In this document: one piece after another, positions 28,382 through 37,839 of the stretch | Numbering within the stretch: the first letter of the stretch is position 1 | How the letters are laid out: the number at the start of each line of letters is the position of its first letter | DNA from: an uncultured Aminicenantes bacterium | Lineage (GTDB): Bacteria > Acidobacteriota > Aminicenantia > UBA2199 | DNA: 43,698 nucleotides | Assembly: GCA_965195285.1 (NCBI GenBank) | Contig: CBDAFS010000053.1 | Location: forward strand, 1 to 43,698 | Reading direction: 5' to 3' | Translations under genes and position numbers: made by a program | The notes under the pieces: generated by a model | Database searches by the model: none | Seen by the model: only the letters and a program-made list of their open reading frames with translations | Told to the model about the DNA's origin: nothing

Positions 28382-31140
28382 TCAAAAAATATCCCTGGCA
28401 TTTCATCTACTTCATATTTGTCATCATCTGTCTGACCAATATATTTCAAAAATTAAAATGGAATGCCCACACAGACGATATCCTCTGGAGAGAATCCAGC
28501 ACCGGTCTTGAATGTGTGGATTCCCCGCGGGAAAGCCTGATCAAACCCGGGGATATACTTCTTACCATCAATAAATATGTGGTTTCCAGCAAAACCGATT
28601 TATTCATAATCATTCAGAAACAAAAATATTGCCGCTACGAAATTGAGAGAGCTGGGTTACTCAAAAACATAGGCATTGAGATTGTAAATAAATATACCCC
28701 TCTATCCTATTATATACTGGTGTTTGCCGGAATTTTATCCATACTATTGACCCTCAACATTCTGAATGCCAATCTCATACAGATACTGGATTTTCATTCT
28801 CCGATACTATTCCTTCTCTTGAACTTATCATTTGCCGGTTTTTTAATCTTTTCTCCCACCGGGGATTATAGTACTACTGATTTCATTTTTTTGTTTCTTG
28901 ACCGTATCGCTTTTCTCTTTTTTCCGGCCCTCTTACTTCATTTTTCTACGCTCTTCCCACTGAGAACCCGGCTCCAGAAAAAAATAAGACCCAAATTCCT
29001 TAAGCTGCTCATCTATATTGCTCCAATTACCATTCTTGTTTTTTATCTTTTTTTTATGATCACCAATTTGATACATCCAATTCCGGAGCTCATCACCCTC
29101 ACTGTTGATCATTTCAAGAATTTTTCATCAACCTATTTTTCCATTTACCTGATCCTGTCCCTTATTCTCTTTATTCTCTCCAACACAACCATCATCCTGA
29201 AAAGAAAACAAAAACGGTATATCTTTGCACTCGGCGCCATTTCCATCAGCATCATCATCATGTTGATCTTCATTATTTTCATCCCGGTGAACAAACTGTA
29301 CTCCTCTATCCCACTCAATTTTTTACTGGGCCTGCTGGCACTACTGCCGCTGAGTACATCATACTACCTGAGCAACAGACGTTTTGCTGATATTGAAAAT
29401 ATCATTAAAAGAACGGTCTCGATTTCGTCCATTTTTTTATTCATTTTCGGTATCTTCTTTTTCCTGGGAATCAATATCGAGAAAAACAAACTACTGGGGC
29501 TCTTCTGGTCAATCACCGCGATTCTGACCGCAGGTCTGCTGTTCAAACCCATTGAGGGAACAGTACAAAATTATTTTGAGAGAATTTTTTTCAAAGGATC
29601 ATACAGCTTCAAACAAAAACTGCGTTCCCTGATCAAATCCATGCCCACAGAAAGGAATCTATCTCTCCTGGCCAAAAACTTTTTGGATACCGTTAATCAC
29701 GGATTTAACTTGAAGGATAGCACCCTGCTGATTTATTTCCGAAAGAACATATTTTATTCGCTTCCCCAGAAAAACAAGATCCTTCTGTCGAAAAGTTTCA
29801 GAAAAGCACTGATGGAAAGTGATAATATCGTGTTTTATTCTTCCCGGGAATTTTCGAAAAAATTCCCCAAGGAACATGCTCTATTGTCACCCTACAACTA
29901 TTCCCAGTTTCTTCCTTTGAAAACACAGGATAAATTAACCGGCCTAATTGCTTTCAGCTTGAAAAAAGACAAAACTTATTTATCGATTGAAGATTGGGAA
30001 CTGCTGTTCAGCATTTCCTCCACATTAACCCTTTCAGTAGAAAACGCTTTTCTGTATGGTGAACTTGAAAATCAGTTAACCGAATTAAATTTATTGAAAG
30101 AGTTCAATGAGAACATCATCGAAAATTTAAATCTGGGGATTGTGGTCCTCTCAAAACTGAATATCATCCGAACCTGGAATGTATTCATGGAGTTGAAATA
30201 TAATATTTCCAGGGATAAGGCTATTAACAAAAAAGCCTATACCTTATTCGGCAGCGAGCTGTGGAAACAAATTTATGCCAAGAAAAAGGGATTTTCCTCC
30301 ATTACCAATATCAAAATAAAAACACTGGATGAAGAACTCATTTTTTATATTTACATCTCACCCTTGAAGGACAATATGGGAAAGGTTATCGGCACCATAT
30401 TGGTATTTGAAGATGTCACTGAAAAAATCCATATCCAGAATCAATTGATCGCAACCGAAAAAATGGCCTCGCTGGGTTTTCTATCAGCCGGAATTGCCCA
30501 TGAAATCAATACACCCTTAACCGGAATTTCCTCATACTGTCAATTCATTTTGGATAATCCAAGAGATCATGAAACTCCGGAATTGATTCAAAAAATTCAA
30601 GAGCAGGTTCAAAGAGCCAATAAGATTGTCGGAACCCTATTGGATTTTTCCAGGCAAAAAGGAGAGCTCCCGGTTGAAATTGATATGAATGAAGTCATCA
30701 GCGAAAGCATCACTTTAATCGAACATAAACTTAAGAAGAAAAACATCATCCTGGAGAAAAACTATCATTTCAAAATCAAACTGTATGGTTTTTCCAACCG
30801 ATTGCAGCAACTGTTCATCAACCTTTTTATCAATGCCATTGATGCCATTGATCATTCCCGGGGGGAAATAACCATAAAGGGTAATGAAACCAGAGATAAT
30901 ATGGAAATAAGCATTCACGACAATGGCAAGGGCATAGATTCCAGAAATACCAAAAAAATATTTGATCCGTTCTTTACCACCAAGGAACCGGGCGAGGGAA
31001 CCGGACTGGGACTTTCAATTGCCTATAATATCGTGAAGGACCATTACGGCAATATCACGGTGGAGAGCAAATTCAATCAAGGCACCTGGTTTTATGTTAC
31101 ACTTCCGAAAAGCAGCCCGCTCAGGAGCATAAAATTATGA
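28378..31140 (+). CDS. Multi-TM sensor histidine kinase (PDZ-like, GAF, PAS, HisKA, HATPase)
   Basis: GIAHEINTPL H-box, NLFINAIDA, DNGKG, FDPFFTTK and GTGLGL. Confidence 0.92.
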   Translation: MIKKYPWHFIYFIFVIICLTNIFQKLKWNAHTDDILWRESSTGLECVDSPRESLIKPGDILLTINKYVVSSKTDLFIIIQKQKYCRYEIERAGLLKNIGIEIVNKYTPLSYYILVFAGILSILLTLNILNANLIQILDFHSPILFLLLNLSFAGFLIFSPTGDYSTTDFIFLFLDRIAFLFFPALLLHFSTLFPLRTRLQKKIRPKFLKLLIYIAPITILVFYLFFMITNLIHPIPELITLTVDHFKNFSSTYFSIYLILSLILFILSNTTIILKRKQKRYIFALGAISISIIIMLIFIIFIPVNKLYSSIPLNFLLGLLALLPLSTSYYLSNRRFADIENIIKRTVSISSIFLFIFGIFFFLGINIEKNKLLGLFWSITAILTAGLLFKPIEGTVQNYFERIFFKGSYSFKQKLRSLIKSMPTERNLSLLAKNFLDTVNHGFNLKDSTLLIYFRKNIFYSLPQKNKILLSKSFRKALMESDNIVFYSSREFSKKFPKEHALLSPYNYSQFLPLKTQDKLTGLIAFSLKKDKTYLSIEDWELLFSISSTLTLSVENAFLYGELENQLTELNLLKEFNENIIENLNLGIVVLSKLNIIRTWNVFMELKYNISRDKAINKKAYTLFGSELWKQIYAKKKGFSSITNIKIKTLDEELIFYIYISPLKDNMGKVIGTILVFEDVTEKIHIQNQLIATEKMASLGFLSAGIAHEINTPLTGISSYCQFILDNPRDHETPELIQKIQEQVQRANKIVGTLLDFSRQKGELPVEIDMNEVISESITLIEHKLKKKNIILEKNYHFKIKLYGFSNRLQQLFINLFINAIDAIDHSRGEITIKGNETRDNMEISIHDNGKGIDSRNTKKIFDPFFTTKEPGEGTGLGLSIAYNIVKDHYGNITVESKFNQGTWFYVTLPKSSPLRSIKL

Positions 31141-32486
31141 AAAACAAACGCATTCATCTAATCGATGACGAAAAAATCATTCATGATATTTTTCAGAGAA
31201 TTTTTAAAAATGATCCCTATGATCTCACCATTTCGGAGAGTAAAAGTCAGGCCAAAACCAATCATTCCCCCAATATTGACGTGGTTATCCTGGATTTGAT
31301 GATTCCCGGAACCTCGGGAATTGAAATATTCAAAGAACTGAAAAAAAAAGACCCGGATATTAAAGTGATATTTCTCACTGCTTACGGAACCATTGAATCA
31401 GCCATAGAAGCCATGAAACTGGGCGCGGTTGATTATCTCCAGAAGCCTTTCAACAATACGGAACTAAAACTGAAAATCGAGAGGGCCATCAAGGAAAAAC
31501 ACATCCACAAAGAAAACATTCAACTGAAAAAGGTATTGAACGAGCGCTTCTCCTTTGAAAATATAATCGGAAAAAGCAAGCCTTTGATGAAGACCCTTTC
31601 CATTGTTGAAAATGTGGCCAAAGCCAACTCAACGGTATTGATCTCCGGAGAAAGCGGAACCGGAAAAGAATTGATTGCCAAAGCCATATACAAAAATTCA
31701 GACCGCAGCAACAAACCTTTTTTTTCCTTTAATTCCAGTAATATTCCGGGAACCCTATTTGAAAGTATGCTCTTTGGGTACAAGAAAGGTGCCTTTACCG
31801 GTGCTTACTCGGATAAAAAGGGAATATTCGAGGAAGCGGATACCGGAACAATATTTTTTGATGAAATCGCCAATTTGACCCCGGAAACCCAGGCTAAGAT
31901 AATAAGGGTGATCCAGGAGAAGGAAATTCAGCCGCTGGGACACAATAAGATTTTAAAAGTGGATGTCAGAATTATTGCTGCCACCAATGTTGATCTGAAA
32001 AAAACGGTCGATCAGAATAAATTCCGGAAAGACCTTTATTACCGGCTCAATATCATCAATATTGTTTTGCCACCGCTCAGGGAAAGAAAAGAAGACATTC
32101 CCCTGCTGGTCGATCATTTTATTGAGAAGTATTCTCAGGAAAACCAAATGACTCCAAAAAAACCGGATTCCAAATTCCTGAAATATTTGATGGATTATAA
32201 TTGGCCGGGTAACATCAGGGAATTGGAGAATGCCATTCAAAGAACCATTATCCTTTCAAATTCAGATACGTTGACTTCTAAAAATCTCCCCGATGAAATT
32301 AAAAATACCCAGCCCAAAAAAGTGAAGAAGAGTGATTTCAATGAACAGGTGGATGGATTTAAAAAACAATTGATTATTGAGGCCCTGGACAAACACGACT
32401 GGCTGCAGAAAAATGCAGCCAAAAGCCTGGGGTTGAAACCCACCACTTTATCGGAATTAATGAAACGGATGAATATCCAGAACTAA
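31137..32486 (+). CDS. Sigma54-dependent response regulator (NtrC family)
   Basis: REC domain (LDLMIPG), GESGTGKE, GAFTGA, WPGNIREL and a Fis-type HTH. Confidence 0.93.
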   Translation: MKNKRIHLIDDEKIIHDIFQRIFKNDPYDLTISESKSQAKTNHSPNIDVVILDLMIPGTSGIEIFKELKKKDPDIKVIFLTAYGTIESAIEAMKLGAVDYLQKPFNNTELKLKIERAIKEKHIHKENIQLKKVLNERFSFENIIGKSKPLMKTLSIVENVAKANSTVLISGESGTGKELIAKAIYKNSDRSNKPFFSFNSSNIPGTLFESMLFGYKKGAFTGAYSDKKGIFEEADTGTIFFDEIANLTPETQAKIIRVIQEKEIQPLGHNKILKVDVRIIAATNVDLKKTVDQNKFRKDLYYRLNIINIVLPPLRERKEDIPLLVDHFIEKYSQENQMTPKKPDSKFLKYLMDYNWPGNIRELENAIQRTIILSNSDTLTSKNLPDEIKNTQPKKVKKSDFNEQVDGFKKQLIIEALDKHDWLQKNAAKSLGLKPTTLSELMKRMNIQN

Positions 32487-32516
32487 AAAAATGAATCACA
32501 ATTCACATCTGCTCTC

Positions 32517-33275
32517 ATGAATACCCTAACCATACAAAAATACCTGCAGTCCGCCGGATTTGACAGCAGGCGAAATATCAGAAAATTGATCAATGAGGGG
32601 AAATTAAAGGTAAATGGAAAGGTCATTAGAGATCCGAATTATTTAATTGATAAAACCCGGGATAAAATCAATTATCGAAATAAGCCTTTGCAGTTGAAAG
32701 TAGAAAATAAAGTGTACTTCATTTTTAATAAACCCCCTGGGGTGATGTCAACACTCAGCGATCCCCAAAAGAGATTCACCCTCAAAGACTATATCAAAAA
32801 AATCAAGGAGCGGGTATATCCGGTCGGAAGACTGGATTTTAATTCAGAAGGATTAATACTCCTCACCAATGACGGAGATCTTACCCAATTTATCATTTCG
32901 GTTAAAAACAAAATCCCAAAAAGTTACCTGGTCAAAATCAAGGGTATTCTGAATGAAGAAAGTATATTGAAACTTAAAACCAAGGGGATTTTTATGGAGG
33001 GAAGAAAAATCAGGCCGCTTGAGATAAAATGGGTGAAAAAAACCCCCGGCAATAATTCCTGGGTTCAGGTTACCATCATAGAAGGGAAAAAACATGTACT
33101 CCGAAAACTGTTTCAATATACCGGCCATCCGGTTGAAAAACTGAAAAGAATCGCTATCGGCAATATCAAATTAAAAACGCTACCCCCGGGTCACTGGAGA
33201 GAGTTAAGGAAAGAAGAGATTGAAGGCTTTAAAAATAAATTCGCTTATGTTCCCAGTAATTCCCGACCCTCCTGA
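32517..33275 (+). CDS. rluB: RsuA/RluB-family rRNA pseudouridine synthase
   Basis: S4 domain, NKPPG and YPVGRLDFNSEGLILLTNDG. The exact paralog assignment is uncertain. Confidence 0.8.
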   Translation: MNTLTIQKYLQSAGFDSRRNIRKLINEGKLKVNGKVIRDPNYLIDKTRDKINYRNKPLQLKVENKVYFIFNKPPGVMSTLSDPQKRFTLKDYIKKIKERVYPVGRLDFNSEGLILLTNDGDLTQFIISVKNKIPKSYLVKIKGILNEESILKLKTKGIFMEGRKIRPLEIKWVKKTPGNNSWVQVTIIEGKKHVLRKLFQYTGHPVEKLKRIAIGNIKLKTLPPGHWRELRKEEIEGFKNKFAYVPSNSRPS

Positions 33276-33347
33276 CTCACCACTTAAATAAGCACTTGAC
33301 AAATCTATCCCCTCGAAATGATAGCCATCAAATAAATCATTTACTAT

Positions 33348-33376
33348 TTGACAGTATTTAAAAAAACTACCATAAT
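33348..33376 (+). promoter_or_regulatory. Candidate sigma70 promoter
   Basis: TTGACA-17 nt-CATAAT upstream of ATG 33396. Confidence 0.6.
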
Positions 33377-33395
33377 ATAATAAAAGGTTTGCAAC

Positions 33396-34103
33396 ATGAC
33401 TGCTACCCAACCATACAAGGACAATTATCATTCAAAAAAGAAAAAGACCACTATGCTGGTGGCGATTCTATCCATCACTGCCCTGGCCGTATTCATACTG
33501 TTACTAAACAGTTTCAATAAAGAACCGGAACCGGTTGAAGTTGAATCCCAAAATCAAAGAGAAGATACTCCATCTGCCCTGCAGTCAACCACCGGAGAAA
33601 ATCAAACCCAAACAGGGACCAAACAGGAACGGGTTGAGGGAAACATCACCAATAACCATAAACTGGAAACCGAAACCGATCCGTTTCCAACTGAATCGGG
33701 TCCTGAAAAAAAGACCCAGCTTATCGACCGCTCAAAAACAGAAAGCAATGATTCCAGATCCAATATTACCGATGATGAATGGGTAAGCGATGTGGATATG
33801 AAACGGGAACAGGGTCTGCAGGCTTTTGAAGAATCCATTCAACAATGTTGGAATAACCGGGAACGGCTCAATCGACTCCAGGCTGAATATGATGCCAATT
33901 GCCTGGGCACATCTTTCGATGCCTTTGGAAATCCCATTACCAATGCCTCGACTCCGCAATGCCGAAAATTGATGTCCACAATCAATACCCTGCGATCACA
34001 AATGAAAAAAGATCTGGAACAGGCCAAATACCGTGCCCGCAAAGCAGGACTTTATCCAGGGCAGATCAGGGATGTTCTGGAAAAATATCAATTCCAGGAA
34101 TAA
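33396..34103 (+). CDS. Single-TM-anchored hypothetical protein (T/E/Q-rich linker, helical Cys-containing C-terminal domain)
   Basis: Basic N-terminus, one TM segment, a low-complexity linker and 3 Cys in the C-terminal domain. Confidence 0.7.
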   Translation: MTATQPYKDNYHSKKKKTTMLVAILSITALAVFILLLNSFNKEPEPVEVESQNQREDTPSALQSTTGENQTQTGTKQERVEGNITNNHKLETETDPFPTESGPEKKTQLIDRSKTESNDSRSNITDDEWVSDVDMKREQGLQAFEESIQQCWNNRERLNRLQAEYDANCLGTSFDAFGNPITNASTPQCRKLMSTINTLRSQMKKDLEQAKYRARKAGLYPGQIRDVLEKYQFQE

Positions 34104-34107
34104 ACAT

Positions 34108-34671
34108 TTATTTCTTGACCCTTTCAATATAGGAACCATCGCGGGTATCAATCTTGATTATATTTCCACTATCAATAAATTGAGGAACCATAACCTCCAG
34201 TCCGTTGTTCAATTTGGCCGGTTTATAAGAGGCCTGAACCGTTGCTCCCTTAATGGACTTCTCGGTTTCCACCACCTCGAATTCCAATGTCAGGGGAGGG
34301 GAAATATTCATGGGTTTGCTGTCATATGATTCCAGGACATAGTTCAGATTGTCTTTCAGGTAGTATACCACGTCCCCAAGAAAATCCCGGCCCAGGATAA
34401 TCTGATCATAACTTTCACTATCCATGAAAACATATTGCTCTCCATCCTGATAGGAGAATAAAACCTCACGGGATTCCAAGATCACCCTTTCCACTTTTTC
34501 CGAGGATCTAAAACGATGGTTCCGGGTGGTCATATCGGTCAAATCCCTGATCTTGGTCTGTACAACTGCCTGTCCCTTCCCCGGGGTAATGTGATCCATA
34601 TCCTCCACCCTGAAGAGCCTGTCATTCAAACGGATGATCATTCCTTTTCGAACCTGGATTGCATTAATCAT
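34108..34671 (-). CDS. efp: Elongation factor P
   Basis: HITPGKGQA, KPAKLNNGLEVMVPQFI and IDTRDGSYIERV. Confidence 0.96.
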   Translation of the reverse strand: MINAIQVRKGMIIRLNDRLFRVEDMDHITPGKGQAVVQTKIRDLTDMTTRNHRFRSSEKVERVILESREVLFSYQDGEQYVFMDSESYDQIILGRDFLGDVVYYLKDNLNYVLESYDSKPMNISPPLTLEFEVVETEKSIKGATVQASYKPAKLNNGLEVMVPQFIDSGNIIKIDTRDGSYIERVKK

Positions 34672-35878
34672 AGTAACCCCTTTCGATAAAATTGTTCATT
34701 GCTTCCCGGTCATTGGTTCTGACAAAAAACAGTTTGTCCTTGAAGTATCTGAGAAAAAAATAACCGTACTGGGAATGGCCGGCCATGAAGGGCGTACCCT
34801 TGACATTTCCAGCCTTGAAATTGACAATAAATTCTTTTTCTATAAATTGTTTGAAAATTGGCATGAATGTGCCGGCAAATTTATCACGATCCCAGGAAGA
34901 TTCCCAGATCAGCATATAGTATGAAGGTTTCCGGTAAATTTCAAACCGGTCACCGCCCCAGCCCGCAGCCACATCAACAAAGTCCCCCTCACTTTTTATC
35001 AACACGCCCAGATAAAATTCACCGATTACACCGCTGTGATAAAGGGTATAACCCTGGGGTTTAAAACCGATCTCAATTTCCCGGGGTTTCTCATTTTTCA
35101 GGTATTTCTCCGGATGCAAAACCTGCTCACTGGAAACCGGTGGGGATTCCAATACGGAGTTGACCGCCTTCCACTTTTTCTTTTTCAAAATAAAATGACT
35201 GAATTTCAGACCGGTGATATAGGGCATGGTCAGCTGATGTTTTAGAATATCCGGATATTGGTACAGAACTGCCGTATTGCTGAACGGGGAAAAGGACATC
35301 AGGGCATCGGCATTGTAGGAGGTCATTACCTCCGTGTTAAATCCGCCGTACTCAACCATGACCAGAGTGGCATCCCCTTCCACAGCGGCCAAAACCGCCA
35401 GCTTCCGGTCATCAAAATCAGAAAGCCGGCCAAGAACCTGAGAGAGATTGTAATGCTGATCCTGAATCGCATGCCTCAGTTCATGAATGATGACCAGCGA
35501 GTTGATGCGATTGACATTCCGGTATTCACTCAGGGCATAGAGTTCCTTGGTCCTCTCATTGTACAGGCCGCTGATGTTGTTGATAAGTATTCGCTTCCTG
35601 ATTTTTTTAATGTTGATTTTTTTATCCACAAACCCCATGGTATATAGGAAAAAAGCATCCTTTTCCGCCATCTCATCGGGATAATCCTGATCAAAAACGC
35701 GGAGGATGTACTTTTCCAATTGTTTTTTATTGATATAGTGGACCGGTAATTCGGTTTTGAAGCCCAGTCTGCCGATCTGTACCACTGCTTTTTTCAATTC
35801 ATGGATCGAATCGGTTCGAGACAACAGTACGACCTGACACATGCATATGAAAATCAGCAGAATGATAGTCTTTCTCAT
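34664..35878 (-). CDS. Secreted putative zincin-like metalloprotein (HExxH)
   Basis: Signal peptide, GLY..., IIHELRHAIQDQH, EGDAT, PY..G, PP.SSEQVLHP and GWGGD. Confidence 0.7.
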   Translation of the reverse strand: MRKTIILLIFICMCQVVLLSRTDSIHELKKAVVQIGRLGFKTELPVHYINKKQLEKYILRVFDQDYPDEMAEKDAFFLYTMGFVDKKINIKKIRKRILINNISGLYNERTKELYALSEYRNVNRINSLVIIHELRHAIQDQHYNLSQVLGRLSDFDDRKLAVLAAVEGDATLVMVEYGGFNTEVMTSYNADALMSFSPFSNTAVLYQYPDILKHQLTMPYITGLKFSHFILKKKKWKAVNSVLESPPVSSEQVLHPEKYLKNEKPREIEIGFKPQGYTLYHSGVIGEFYLGVLIKSEGDFVDVAAGWGGDRFEIYRKPSYYMLIWESSWDRDKFAGTFMPIFKQFIEKEFIVNFKAGNVKGTPFMAGHSQYGYFFLRYFKDKLFFVRTNDREAMNNFIERGYYD

Positions 35879-35990
35879 TTTTTTACTCTACAGGTATAAT
35901 TAACATTAACAATAACAAAAATTGGCCTAAAAATAAAGGCCTGGTTATGGAAATATTTTATATATTTCTTCTTTAATATCTGAATGTAGT

Positions 35991-36608
35991 CTATTGTCTC
36001 TCCAAAGACCATTCTCCGGTTACCCCCGGGGGTGTATATACCCAGGTACCGTTCATATGGTTTTCATCAGTGAGTGTGCCGGTGCAGGTGAGGGTTTCGT
36101 TTAAAGGGGCCGAAAACTCCAGCACAAAATCAATCTGGGTTCCCACCAGGGTCCAGGTACCGGCACCCCCAATCGGTACAAAATCAAAATGTCCGCCGCA
36201 GGTTCCCGAACCCGTATTACCGCTGAAGTCAACCTGGAAATACGTATCCGTTCCCATGTAGTCAAATTTTCCCGCCCAGGTACCTCGGATATCAATCTGT
36301 TCAGCAGTAGCACTCAATACATGGTTGCCGGTAACGGTGATCACTCCGGTTGCGGCCATGGGGGCTCCGTCCAGGGTCACGACCAGGTTGCTATAGCCGG
36401 TTTGCAGCGAATAGCTGTAGTTGACCACGCTGTTTTCCACATAACTGTAAGCTCCGGTAGTCGGGGTACCACCAACCCCGCTGCTCACGGTAACGGTCAG
36501 GGTATACTGTCCATTGTCATTGTCATCCCCGTTGGTCGGACATCCGGGGAAAAACATCAGTCCCATCAACAGGAACAATCCTGCCAAGATAATTGTTTTT
36601 TTACTCAT
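35991..36608 (-). CDS. Lipoprotein paralog A (InlB-B-repeat-like N-domain plus small beta-barrel C-domain)
   Basis: Lipobox-like FFPG-C and RBS GAGGAGG; paralogous to 36684..37289 and 42847..43464. Domain labels are inferred by eye. Confidence 0.8.
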   Translation of the reverse strand: MSKKTIILAGLFLLMGLMFFPGCPTNGDDNDNGQYTLTVTVSSGVGGTPTTGAYSYVENSVVNYSYSLQTGYSNLVVTLDGAPMAATGVITVTGNHVLSATAEQIDIRGTWAGKFDYMGTDTYFQVDFSGNTGSGTCGGHFDFVPIGGAGTWTLVGTQIDFVLEFSAPLNETLTCTGTLTDENHMNGTWVYTPPGVTGEWSLERQ

Positions 36609-36632
36609 GACTCCTCCTCAATATATAAATAT

Positions 36633-36661
36633 ATGGTAAGACTTAAAAAATATAATGTCAA
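36633..36661 (-). promoter_or_regulatory. sigma70 promoter of lipoprotein A
   Basis: Minus strand reads TTGACA-17 nt-TACCAT; the same boxes occur upstream of paralog B. Confidence 0.6.
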
Positions 36662-36683
36662 TAATCAAAAATATCGGCTTAAA

Positions 36684-37289
36684 TTATAATCGTTCCAAGC
36701 TCCAAATCCCATCAAGAACACCGGCCAATATCCAGGTTCCGCTCATGTGATTTTCATCAGTTAGCGTTCCTGTGCAGACAAGTGTATAGCCATAAGGAGG
36801 AGGGAAAAACAATGAAAAATCAATCTGAGTTCCCACCAGTGTCCAGGTCCCGGCACCTCCGATAGGCAATAAATCAAAATATCCGCCACAACTTCCCGAA
36901 TCCAGAGCCCCGCTGAATTCCACCCGCATAAAGCTATGGTAGCCTGTATAATCCCAGAACCCACTCCAGGCATCCCGGATATCGATCTGTTCGGCAGTCA
37001 CATTCAAGGTATGGTTGCCGGTAACGGTGATAACCCCGGTTGCGGCCATGGGGGCTCCGTCCAGGGTCACGACCAGGTTGCTATAGCCGGTTTGCAGCGA
37101 ATAGCTGTAGTTAACTACGCTGTTTTCCGCATAACTGTAGGAACCGGACGTAGGCGTACCGCTTGCACCGGCACCAACGCTTACGGTAAGGGTATATCCA
37201 TCTCCGTCTCCATTAGTCGGACATCCTGGAAAAAACATCAGTCCCATCAACAGGAAAAAACCTGCAAAGATGATTGTTTTTTTACTCAT
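36684..37289 (-). CDS. Lipoprotein paralog B
   Basis: FFPG-C lipobox and RBS AAGGAGG; collinear with paralogs A and C. Confidence 0.8.
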   Translation of the reverse strand: MSKKTIIFAGFFLLMGLMFFPGCPTNGDGDGYTLTVSVGAGASGTPTSGSYSYAENSVVNYSYSLQTGYSNLVVTLDGAPMAATGVITVTGNHTLNVTAEQIDIRDAWSGFWDYTGYHSFMRVEFSGALDSGSCGGYFDLLPIGGAGTWTLVGTQIDFSLFFPPPYGYTLVCTGTLTDENHMSGTWILAGVLDGIWSLERL

Positions 37290-37311
37290 GACTCCTCCTT
37301 AATATAAATCT

Positions 37312-37340
37312 ATGGTAGGTCATTAAAAAAAACATGTCAA
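37312..37340 (-). promoter_or_regulatory. sigma70 promoter of lipoprotein B
   Basis: Minus strand reads TTGACA-17 nt-TACCAT. Confidence 0.6.
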
Positions 37341-37356
37341 GGTTTTGTTGATCAAG

Positions 37357-37411
37357 AATTAAAAATCTAAAACATATGGAAAGAGGAAGGAAAAATGGAG
37401 CTGAAGGGGAT
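37357..37411 (-). repeat. Copy of the tRNA-Ala 3' end (16 bp, 37396-37411) plus its downstream trailer
   Basis: Nearly identical to 43529-43584 (3 substitutions and a 1-nt indel). Confidence 0.9.
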
Positions 37412-37422
37412 TAAAAATAAGT

Positions 37423-37626
37423 GGGGTCAGGTCTAAAGAATAAAGATTTGTCGATAATGTTTTTCATTCCAATACTCGATGTCGAATTTCCATATTCACT
37501 CTTTCTACTATTCTTTATTCTTACAACTCATTCCTTTCACCCCTATCAAATAAAACATTCCAATTAAATGGGAATCCTCAAAAATGTTGGGAACAATTGA
37601 TATCTTTATTCTTTAGACCTGACCCC
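37423..37626. mobile_element. 204-bp MITE/REPIN-like element, copy 1
   Basis: Perfect 25-bp terminal inverted repeats GGGGTCAGGTCTAAAGAATAAAGAT / ATCTTTATTCTTTAGACCTGACCCC. It differs from 42600-42803 at 2 positions and is followed by a tandem partial copy of the right end (to about 37650). Confidence 0.85.
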
Positions 37627-37839
37627 GATCATTAGACCTGACCCCGATCACTCTCAATTGAATTCACTTGGGAGTATCTATAAAAATACAGTTAAATCAA
37701 GGAGATAAATTCATAAAATGAAATTTCCAAGTTTCAAAGCACCGTCCCTGATTTGTTTAATTCCTTTTGTGATAAGTTCTCCACCACCCTGCTTTTTTAG
37801 CATTTCTCTAGCAACATTTAAGGATAGAATCATTTAATT

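Noticed and set aside
10802-34671. KamA gene as epmB partner of efp (PGKG lysine)
   Set aside because: The genes are over 21 kb apart, no epmA is present, and the protein is far longer than typical EpmB.
37423-37626. Tn3-family MITE, because of the GGGG termini
   Set aside because: The inverted repeat is 25 bp rather than about 38 bp, no 5-bp target duplication is seen, and both copies share the same outer flanks. Disfavoured, not excluded.
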